A stretch of DNA of 64,000 nt from Candidatus Oxydemutatoraceae bacterium. GTDB lineage: Bacteria; Pseudomonadota; Gammaproteobacteria; Poriferisulfidales; Oxydemutatoraceae. The notes below the pieces were generated by a model. The model was not told the DNA's origin and did no database searches. It saw nothing but the letters and a program-made list of their open reading frames with translations. The DNA is taken from assembly GCA_965219575.1 (NCBI GenBank), contig OZ244779.1, positions 1,132,769 to 1,196,768 of the forward strand. The letters run 5' to 3'. Position numbers and translations under genes: made by a program. Every line of letters begins with the position of its first letter. Position 1 is the first letter of the stretch. This document shows, one piece after another, positions 29,271 to 39,565 of this stretch.

Positions 29271-32200
29271 ATGAAAACCTTCTTGTTGATTATTCTACTT
29301 GCACTATTCAGTACGAACATAGTTGCTCAAACTAACACCGTCGTAGACACTGACGGGGGCTGATAGACATCAACGATTTGGAAACCTTAAATGCAATTCG
29401 TTATCAACTGGACGGCACGAGTTATAGGACGACAACCACCGAGACGGTGATGGGAATTACCGAGGGTTGTCCTAATAACATCTGCAAAGGCTATGAATTG
29501 ATGAGAAACTTAGACTTTAACGATGATGCCAGCTATAGTTCAACAGCCAATAGGATTACATGGACTACGGGAGAGGGCTGGCAGCCGATTGGAGATTCTT
29601 CCAATGCTTTCACCGGACAGTTTGAAGGCAACGGTCACACGATTTCTAATCTTACGATTAATAGAGGTGTCACAAACTACATAGGTTTGTTCGGTTCTAC
29701 GGGAAATGGTGCTGAAATTACTAATGTTGGATTACTAAATGTAAATATAACAGGGAATTTTAGTGTAGGTGGTTTAGTCGGTGGCAATGGCGGCAGTATC
29801 ACGAACAGCCATGCGACGGGAGATGTTTTTGGAGGTTTCTTTTTCGGTGGCGGCGTAGGTGGTTTAGTCGGTCGCAATGACGGCAGTATCACGAACAGCT
29901 ATGCGACGGGTTCTGTTTCAGGGAGTGGCAGCGCAGGCGGTTTAGTTGGTTTGAATTTTGCAACTATCACGAACAGCTATGCGACGGGAGATGTTGGCGG
30001 AGAGGTTTCTGCAGGCGGTTTAGTCGGTGTCAATGGCGGTTTCTTCAGTGAGTTAGGTCTCATTGAGATAGGTACCATCACGAACAGCTATGCGACGGGA
30101 GATGTTTTTGGAGGTTTCTTTTTCGGTGGCGGCGTAGGTGGTTTAGTCGGTCGCAATGACGGCAGTATCACGAACAGCTATGCGACGGGAGAGGTTGGCG
30201 GAGAGGTTTCTGCAGGCGGTTTAGTCGGTCTCAATGGTGGCACCATCACGAACAGCTATTGGGATATAACTACTAGTAGAATACAGACAAGTGCCGGTGG
30301 CACGGGTAAAACCATGGTGGAATTGATAGCGGCGAACGCACAAAACACGGACCCCGACAAACCCTATTACGAATGGAGTACTACGAATTGGGATTTCGGC
30401 ACCGGTAGCCAATACCCAATCCTTAAATATACCGACAATCCTAACACGGATAGTAGCGAATGTCGTAGTATGAGTGATACCACAACAGATTTACCTGTCT
30501 GTGGTAGTTTGTTGTCGCCTATACTCAGATATGGTTTGAGTGAGTTGCAATTAGTGGCAGGTAATCTGTTGACTGATTTTGATGTATTAGTGCCGAGCTA
30601 CAGAGGTACGGTAGTTAATAGCACCAGCACAATACGGTTCAGACCGATAACGGTAAATCCCGATGCCAAGGTTTACATTATGTCCGATGAAGAAGCTAGA
30701 GGTACGGCCATAGCGAGTGGTAATGAGAGCGGTATGATTTCGTTAAACACCGACGGAATAACTACTATCACAATTGTAGTTGAGAATGGTGGTGAAACAA
30801 CACCGACTGTTATTTATACTCTGTATCTTAATTATAATGAGGTTAATGATGTTGATAGGGATGATGACGGTTTGATAGAGATTGATAATTTAGAAGAATT
30901 AAATGCGATGCGTTATGAGCCGGATGGGACGGGCTATAGAGAGAGGGGCACGTTTAAGGTTACAGTAGGTTGTCCTAATGACGGATGCAGAGGCTATGAA
31001 TTGACGAGAGATTTAGACTTTAACGACGATGACAGCTATAGTTCAACGGCTAATAGGATTATATGGACTACGGGAGAGGGCTGGCAGCCGATTAATGTTT
31101 TCTTTGGTAAATTTGAAGGCAACGATTTTACGATTTCTAATCTTACGATTGACAGAAGTGGCACGAGTCGGATAGGCTTGTTTGGTCGTACGGGAAGTGG
31201 TGCTGAAATCGCTAATGTTGGTTTACTAAATGTAAATATAACAGGAAGTAGCGATGTAGGCGGTTTAGTCGGTGATAATGACGGCATTATTACGAACGGC
31301 TATGCAACGGGTTTTGTTGAAGGGAGTGGTGATAGTGTAGGCGGTTTAGTCGGTGGCAATGGCAACGGAGGTATTATTACGAACAGCTATGCAACGAGTT
31401 CTGTTTCAGGGAGTGGCAGTGCAGGTGATGTAGGCGGTTTAGTCGGTGATAATGGTGGCATTATTACGAACGGCTATGCGACGGGTTTTGTTGAAGGGAG
31501 TGGTGATAGTGTAGGCGGTTTAGTCGGTGATAATGGCAACGGAGGTATTATTACGAACAGCTATGCGGCAGGTTCTGTTTCAGGGAGTGGCAGTGCAGGT
31601 GATGCAGGCGGTTTAGTCGGTGATAATGACGGCAGTATCACGAACGGCTATGCGACGGGTTTTGTTGAAGGGAGTGGTGATAGTGTAGGCGGTTTAGTCG
31701 GTGATAATGGCAACGGAGGTATTATTACGAACAGCTATGCGGCAGGTTCTGTTTCAGGGAGTTTCAGTTTCGGCAGCGGCGGATTAGTCGGTCGCAATGA
31801 CGGCACTATCACGAACAGCTATTGGGATATAAATACTAGTGGAATACAGACAAGTGCCGGTGGTAGGGGTGGAACCACACAGCAATTGCAAGCAGCAACC
31901 GACACGGGCAGTACGCCCGGCGAGATATATTATAACTGGAGTACCGATGACTGGGATTTCGGCACTAGCATCCAATACCCGGTTCTCAAATATACGGATA
32001 ATCCTAACACCGATAGTAGCGAATGTCGTAATGTGAGTGATACCACAACAGATTTACCTGTCTGTGGTAGTTTGTTGTCGCCTATACTCAGATATGGTTT
32101 GAGTGAATTGCAATTAGTGGCAGGTAATCTGTCGCCTGATTTTGATGTGGTAGTGCCGAGCTACAGAGGGACGTTAGTTAATAGTACCGGCACAATACGG

Positions 32201-35200
32201 TTCAGACCGATAACGGTAAATCCCGATGCCAAGGTTTACATTACGGCTGATGAAGAAGCTAGAGGTACGGCCATAGCGAGTGGTAATGAGAGTGGTACGA
32301 TTTCATTAAACACCGACGGAATAACTACAATCACAATTGAAGTTGAGAATGGTGGTGAAACAATACAGACTATTATTTATACTCTCTCTCTTAATTATTA
32401 TGAGTTTAACGGGGATGTTGATAGGGATAATGACGGTTTGATAGAGATTGATAATTTAGAGGGGTTGAATGCGATGCGTTATCAACCGGACGGGACGAGC
32501 TATAGAGAGAGTGAGACGGCACTTAAGGTTGCAGTAGGTTGCCCTAATAACGGATGCAAAGGCTATGAATTGACCAGAGATTTAGACTTTAACGACGATG
32601 ACAGCTATAGTTCAACGGCTAATAGGATTATATGGACTGCGGGAGCAGGTTGGCAGCCGATTGGGGATTCTTCTGATGCTTTCACCGGTAAGTTTGAAGG
32701 CAACGATCACACGATTTCCGATCTTACGATTGACAGAAGTTTAACAACGGAATGGATAGGTTTGTTCGGTTACACGGGAAGTGATGCTGAAATCGCTAAT
32801 GTTGGTTTGTTAAGTGTGGATATCATGGGGACTTTCAATGTAGGTGGTTTAGTTGGTCGCAATGACGGCAGTATCACGAACAGCTATGCGACGGGTTCTG
32901 TTGAAGGGAGTGGTGATAGTGTAGGCAGTTTAGTCGGTAGCAATGACGGCAGTATCACGAACAGCTATGCGACGGGTTTTGTTGAAGGGAGTGGTGATAG
33001 TGTAGGCGGTTTAGTCGGTGGCAATGGCAACGGAGGTATTATTACGAACAGCTATGCGACGAGTTCTGTTTCAGGTAGTAGCACTGCAGGCGGTTTAGTC
33101 GGTCGTAATGGTGGCAGTGTCACGAACAGCTATGCGACGGGAGATGTTTTTGGGAGTTTCATTGCAGGCGGTTTAGTCGGTGGCAATGGCAACGGAGGTA
33201 TTATTACGAACAGCTATGCGACGGGTTCTGTTTCAGGTAGTAGCACTGCAGGCGGTTTAGTCGGTGGAAATGACGGCACCATCACGAACAGCTATGCGAC
33301 GGGTTCTGTTTCAGGTAGTAGCACTGCAGGCGGTTTAGTCGGTGGAAATGGTGGCAGTATCACGAACAGCTATGCGACAGGTTCTGTTTCAGGGGGAACT
33401 GCAGGCGGTTTAGTTGGTGTCAATGGCGGTTTCTTCAGTGAGTTAGGTCTCATTGAGATAGGTACCATCACGAACAGCTATGCGACGGGTTCTGTTTCAG
33501 AGAGTGGCACTGCAGGCGGTTTAGTCGGTGGAAATGACGGCACCATCACGAACAGCTATGCGACGGGATCTGTTTCAGAGAGTGGCACTGCAGGCGGTTT
33601 AGTCGGTCGTAATGGTGGCAGTATCACGAACAGCTATGCGACGGGATCTGTTTCAGAGAGTGGCACTGCAGGCGGTTTAGTCGCTGTCAGTAGCTTTTTC
33701 TCCGGTTTCTTCGGTGAGTTAGATCCCATTGAGTTAGGTACCATCACGAACAGCTATTGGGATATAAATACTAGTGGAATACAGACAAGTGCCGGTGGCA
33801 CGAGTAAAACCACGGTGGAATTGAAAGCGGCGAACGCACAAAACACGGACCCCGATAAACCCTATTACGAATGGAGTATTACGAATTGGGATTTCGGCAC
33901 TAGCATCCAATACCCGGTGCTCAAATATACGGATAATCCTAACACCGATAGTAGCGAATGTCGTAATGAGGGCGATACCACAACAGATTTACCTGTCTGT
34001 GGTAGTTTGTTGTCGCCTCCACTGAGATATGGTTTGAGTGAATTGCAATTAGTGGCAGGTGATTTATCGCCTGATTTTGATGTGGTAGTGCCGAGCTACA
34101 GAGGGACGGTAGTTAATAGTACCGACACAATACGGTTCAGACCGAAAACGGTAAATCCCGATGCCGAGGTTTACATTACGGCCGATGAAGAAGCTAGAAG
34201 TCCAGCCATAGCGAGTGGTAATGAGAGTGGTATGATTTCGTTAAACACCGGCGGGATAACTACAATCACAATTGCGGTTGAGAATGGTGGTGAAACAACA
34301 CCGACTGTTATTTATACTCTCTCCCTTGATTATTATGAGTTTAACGGAGATGTTGATAGAGATGATGATGGTTTGATAGAGATTGATAATTTAGAGGGGT
34401 TGAATGCGATGCGTTATCAGCCGGACGGGACGGGCTATAGGGAGAGCGCGACGGCACCCAAGGTTGTAATAGGTTGCCCTAATAACGGATGCAAAGGCTA
34501 TGAATTGACGAGAGACTTAGACTTTAACGACGATGACAGCTATAGCTCAACAGCCAACAGAATTATATGGACTACGGGAGCAGGCTGGCAGCCGATTGGG
34601 GATTCTTCTAATGCTTTCACCGGTAAGTTTGAAGGCAACGATCACACGATTTCCGATCTTATGATTGACAGAGGTACGGAATGGATAGGTTTGTTCGGTT
34701 ACACGGGAAGCGGTGCTGAAATCGCTAATGTTGGTTTGTTAAGTGTGGATATCATGGGGACTTTCAATGTAGGTGGTTTAGTTGGTAGCAATGACGGCAT
34801 TATCACGAACAGCTATGCGACGGGTTCTGTTTCAGGGAGTGGCAGTGCAGATGATGCAGGCGGTTTAGTCGGTAGCAATGACGGTACTATTACGAACAGC
34901 TATGCGACGGGTTCTGTTTCAGGGAGTGGCAGCGCAGGTGATGCAGGCGGTTTAGTCGGTAGCAATGACGGTACTATTACGAACAGCTATGCGACGGGAT
35001 CTGTTTCAGAGAGTGACAATGCAGGTGGTTTAGTCGGCCAGAATAATTTTGGCAGTATCAGGAACAGCTATGCGACGGGATCTGTTTCAGAGAGTGACAA
35101 TGCAGGTGGTTTAGTCGGTCAGAATAATTTTGGCAGTATCAGGAACAGCTATGCGACAGGTTCTGTTTCAGAGAGTGACAATGCAGGTGGTTTAGTCGGT

Positions 35201-38200
35201 CGGAATGATGACGGCACCATCACGAACAGCTATGCGACGGGTTCTGTTTCAGGGAGTGGCAGTGCAGGTGATGCAGGCGGTTTAGTCGGTAGCAATGATG
35301 GTACTATTACGAACAGCTATGCGACGGGATCTGTTTCAGGGAGTGGCAGTGCAGATGATGCAGGCGGTTTAGTCGGTAGCAATGACGGTACTATTACGAA
35401 CAGCTATGCGACGGGTTCTGTTTCAGAGAGTGACAATGCAGGTGGTTTAGTCGGTAGCAATGACGGTACTATTACGAACAGCTATGCGACGGGATCTGTT
35501 TCAGATAGTGGTGATGCAGGCGGTTTAGTCGGTAGCAATGATGGTACTATTACGAACAGCTATGCGACAGGTTCTGTTTCAGAGAATAGCACTGCCGGCG
35601 GATTAGTTGGTCGGAATGATGGTGGCAGTATCACGAACAGCTATGCGACGGGATCTGTTTCAGGGCGTTTAAGTTTCGGCAGCGGTGGTTTAGTCGGTCG
35701 GAATGACGGCACTATCACGAACAGCTATTGGGATATAAATGCTAGTGGAATACAGACAAGTGCCGGTGGCACGAGTAAAACCACGGTGGAATTGAAAGCG
35801 GCGAACGCACAAAACACGGACCCCGATAAACCTTATTACGAATGGAGTATTACGAATTGGGATTTCGGCACTAGCCTCCAATACCCGGTTCTCAAATATA
35901 CGGATAATCCTAACACGGATAGTAGCGAATGTCGTAATGTGAGTGATACCACAACAGATTTACCTGTCTGTGGTAGTTTGTTGTCGCCTATACTCAGATA
36001 TGGTTTGAGTGAATTGCAATTAGTGGCAGGTAATCTGTCGCCTGATTTTGATGTGGTCGTGCCGAGCTACAGAGGGACGGTAGTTAATAGTACCGGCACA
36101 ATACGGTTCAGACCGATAACATTAAATCCCGATGCCAAGGTTTACATTACGGCTGATGAAGAAGCTAGAGGTACGGCCATAGCGAGTGGTAATGAGAGTG
36201 GTACGATTTCATTAAACACCGACGGAATAACTACAATCACAATTGAAGTTGAGAATGGTGGTGAAACAATACAGACTATTATTTATACTCTCTCTCTTAA
36301 TTATTATGAGTTTAACGGGGATGTTGATAGGGATAATGACGGTTTGATAGAGATTGATAATTTAGAAGGATTGAATGCGATGCGTTATCAACCGGACGGG
36401 ACGGGCTATAGAGAGAGCGCGACGGCACCCAAGGTTGTAATAGGTTGCCCTAATAACGGATGCAAAGGCTATGAATTGACGAGAGACTTAGACTTTAACG
36501 ACGATGACAGCTATAGCTCAACAGCCAACAGAATTATATGGACTACGGGAGCAGGTTGGCAGCCGATTGGGGATTCTTCTGATGCTTTCACCGGTAAGTT
36601 TGAAGGCAACGATCACACGATTTCCGATCTTACGATTGACAGAAGTTTAACAACGGAATGGATAGGTTTGTTCGGTTACACGGGAAGTGGTGCTGAAATC
36701 GCTAATGTTGGCTTACTAAATGTAAATATAACAGGAAGTAGCAATGTAGGCAGTTTAGTCGGTAGCAATGATGGCAGTATCACGAACAGCTATGCAACGG
36801 GTTCTGTTTCAGGGGACACTGCAGGCGGTTTAGTCGGTGGCAATGGCGGCAGTATCACGAACAGCTATGCAACGGGTTCTGTTTCAGGGGACACTGCAGG
36901 CGGTTTAGTCGGTGGCAATGGCGGCAGTATCACGAACAGCTATGCAACGGGTTCTGTTTCAGGGGACACTGCAGGCGGTTTAGTCGGTCAGAATAATTTT
37001 GGCAGTATCAGGAACAGCTATGCGACGGGTTCTGTTTCAGGGGGCAGTGCAGGCGGTTTAGTCGGTGTAAATTCCGGCAGTATCGCGAACAGCTATGCGA
37101 TGGGATCTATTTCAGGGAGTTTCTTTTTCGGCAGCGCAGGTGGTTTAGTTGGTGATAGTTATTTTGGTTTCATCGCGAACAGCTATGCGACGGGTTTTGT
37201 TTCAGGGAGTGGCAGTTTAGGTGGTTTAGTCGGTGTCATTAGTGATTCATTCGATGTCGGTGATGTCAGTATGGATTTTATCACGAACAGCTATTGGGAT
37301 ATAAATACTAGTGAAATACAGACAAGTGCCGGTGGCACGAGTAAAACCACGGTGGAATTGAAAGCGGCGAACGCACAAAACACGAACCCCGATAAACCCT
37401 ATTACGAATGGAGTATTACGGATTGGGACTTCGGCACTAATAGCCAATATCCGATCCTCAGATCTGTAGGTAGCGGTATTCTGTTGTCGGGTCAAGGAGT
37501 AGGTCTAAGAGATTTAGAGGTGCTAACACCAGGTGTAAGATTGAGCCCGATTTTCGGGGCTACAACCACCCATTATGTTATAGACTTTCTTTCTACTAGG
37601 ACGAGCGACATCAGCCTTAGATTGAGAGCCTATGATACCGATGCGACGATCAAAGTAGTTAGACAAGGCGAGGATACCGATTATTTTGAAAACAAAGGTA
37701 GCGATGGGCGAAGCGAGCCTATTCCTATAGATGCAAACACTGCATTAGTCATCACGGTAACCGAAGCCGGAACCACTATAACCACTATTTATATGATTAG
37801 CCCTCAAGTGGAAGCGAACATTGCACCGCCAATTATGATTACACCGTCAATTCCGGGGAGCAGCCCCCCGATGATTACGCTTGCGCCGTCGGTCGCGCAG
37901 ACGCTACCGCGCAATAGCACGGCGAGTATCATCGTTTCGGTAGCGGATAATAATTATGGCGACGGTGATAGGGTCACATTGACGGCAATATCGTCGGCTG
38001 CAGCGATTGTGTCGGTGACATCGCCGACGACGATTACCGGCATTGCCGACAATACGTCTAGAACCTTTACGATAAACGCTTTGCGAGGTGGGGTGGCAAC
38101 GATTACCTTCACCGCAAAAGACAGCAGAGGGTCAAGTGATAGTGCCGACCTATTGGTGCGTGTCCCTACGACTATTAGGATACATGTTAGGGTATTTTTA

Positions 38201-38218
38201 GAAGGTCTTTTCCAATAA
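29271..38218 (+). CDS. Giant secreted GLUG-repeat/cadherin-like protein 1 (~2,980 aa, five modules), frameshifted after the signal peptide
   Basis: Signal peptide MKTFLLIILLALFSTNIVAQ from 29271 hits TGA at 29361; the 2,946-aa ORF continues in another frame (GLIDINDLETLNAIRY). Five modules of DxDxDGLIEI, C..C..YELxRDLDF cap, GGLVG/NSYATG repeats, WDFG..QYP cap and beta-sandwich; ends IRIHVRVFLEGLFQ. Confidence 0.88.
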
Positions 38219-38241
38219 AACCCATGTTTACCTGCCGGTGC

Positions 38242-38310
38242 TGACGTTACCTTTCATGGTAAGGCGTGAAAACTAACTTTGCAGATGGTAATAAAAATGG
38301 GGTAACGTCA
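38242..38310. mobile_element. 69-bp IS3-derived miniature element
   Basis: TGACGTTACC ... GGTAACGTCA inverted ends; right ~45 bp match the IS3 right end at 11063-11108. Confidence 0.7.
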
Positions 38311-38400
38311 ATGTTATGGCATAGTACAAGAAATTTGTATTGAGTTGTGAATGTGTTAGTATGGGAATACTTAAAAAGTAATAAGAATATTTAAGAAATA

Positions 38401-38595
38401 ATGACTAAATTAAGGAATATAAATATCCGAGCAGTGTTGGAACACGGAGAGTTATTTGATGAGGTATTGCGTGTGCAGATGCGTGCTTGGGTGGATGATG
38501 ATTGCAAAGGTCGCAAGTCATTGCAAACGACGGCATTAGATGCGATATTAGCGGTTGCCGATAAACATCAAAACGAGTTGATAAGGAGTAAATAG
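38401..38595 (+). CDS. Small hypothetical protein, possibly ribbon-helix-helix-like
   Basis: 64-aa ORF ending 2 nt before the next ATG; N-terminal alternating strand KLRNINIRA followed by helices. Confidence 0.4.
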   Translation: MTKLRNINIRAVLEHGELFDEVLRVQMRAWVDDDCKGRKSLQTTALDAILAVADKHQNELIRSK

Positions 38596-38597
38596 AG

Positions 38598-38840
38598 ATG
38601 ACCGAGATAGCATTATACGACACATTAAGAAAAATACCGGAGGTATCCGATGCCGAAGCAAAGGAGGCGGTGAATGATATTGCGAGTGCGAGGGAAGTAG
38701 CTACGAAGGTAGATATAGTTAGAGTAGAAAAAACTATAGCAGAGCTAGAAACGAAGATAACGAAACTAATCTATGCGGTAGTTGCAGTAAATACCGGAGT
38801 AGTAATTGCGGCGGTCGGATTGATGATAAAGTTTTTATAA
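38598..38840 (+). CDS. Small coiled-coil protein with C-terminal membrane anchor (DUF1640/CCDC90-like)
   Basis: Paralogue of 4001..4279 (EIALY, ATKxDI, KLIYAV.AVN..VVIAAVGLMI.FL); AAGGAG RBS. Confidence 0.75.
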   Translation: MTEIALYDTLRKIPEVSDAEAKEAVNDIASAREVATKVDIVRVEKTIAELETKITKLIYAVVAVNTGVVIAAVGLMIKFL

Positions 38841-38851
38841 TGGGAGAAACT

Positions 38852-39143
38852 GGGACTGTTGAAAAAGTACCGCTCTGCACGAATTCAACCGCTTTTCGCC
38901 ATATGTATGATAACCACAAAGTCGTAGGGGCAGTATAAAGCCGCCGATTGAGCCGGTAGGTCAATCGGCAACTCTGATGTCTGCCCTTAAGTACCGTTCT
39001 GCACAAATTCAACCGCTCTGCGCCATTTGGTTTTGGTTTCCATGAATCGGGTGGATGAATGTATAAATCGTGCCGACCAACGCGTTACGGGCGGACATGC
39101 CAGTCCGCCCCTACGGTCCATAAAATACTTTTTCAACAGCCCC
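38852..39143. mobile_element. MITE copy with 5-bp target-site duplication
   Basis: GGGACTGTTGAAAAAGTA ... TACTTTTTCAACAGCCCC flanked by AAACT at 38847-38851 and 39144-39148. Confidence 0.88.
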
Positions 39144-39168
39144 AAACTGTTAACTATTTTGTGTGAGC

Positions 39169-39280
39169 GAGCCTGTTAATTACTTTGTGTAGCTTCGCTC
39201 TCTTTAATGTCAAATCTACCTTCGTATTCAATAGCTAATCGGTTCATCGCCGGTATCCAATTTCGTATCGGCATTGTACA
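39169..39280 (-). pseudogene. IS256-family transposase C-terminal remnant with terminal IR
   Basis: Minus-strand CTMPIRNWIPAMNRLAIEYEGRF resembles the IS256-type WTMPIxNW..AMNRF.I.FEGR tail; GAGCCTGTTAATTACTTTGTGTAG resembles IS256-family ends. Confidence 0.75.
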
Positions 39281-39289
39281 GTCAGCATG

Positions 39290-39405
39290 CAACGCAGGCG
39301 TTTGGCTTCTGCCACTTCCATGTCATTATACCTGCTACGCAAGTGTTAGAATGTCTGTTCGGCGATGCCTAGCTCATTACAGATATCTATTAATTTGATG
39401 CCTTT
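39290..39405 (-). pseudogene. IS3-family OrfA (HTH) remnant
   Basis: Minus-strand KGIKLIDICNELGIAEQTF*HLRSRYNDMEVAEAKRLR; TAA replaces the expected Tyr. Confidence 0.75.
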
Positions 39406-39440
39406 GTCGTTTGACCACATTAAGTTGATGCACATCATCA

Positions 39441-39476
39441 TGCCACTTGCTAAACCGAAGCAAGTGGCAGTTTTAT
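39441..39476 (+). terminator. Probable intrinsic terminator upstream of giant protein 2
   Basis: TGCCACTTGCT-AAACCGA-AGCAAGTGGCA followed by GTTTTATT. Confidence 0.55.
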
Positions 39477-39565
39477 TCTCAATAGCCTGATATTATGGTA
39501 TTGTACAAAATCATACTATAAACGGGGAATATAGTATAATACGATGCAATATAAATTATTGCCCC

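Noticed and set aside
32830-35740. Periodic ACGAACAGCTATGCGACGGG repeats with variable spacers (CRISPR-like)
   Set aside because: All periods are multiples of three within an open frame encoding GLUG turns.
29378-38218. Diversity-generating retroelement (TR/VR pairs) as the source of module variation
   Set aside because: No reverse transcriptase in the window; differences are indels and cassette swaps, not adenine-specific substitutions.
39309-39470. CTGCCACTT could pair with the terminator 3' arm as an antiterminator
   Set aside because: The 9-mer lies inside the IS3 coding remnant (EVAE codons) and is probably coincidental.
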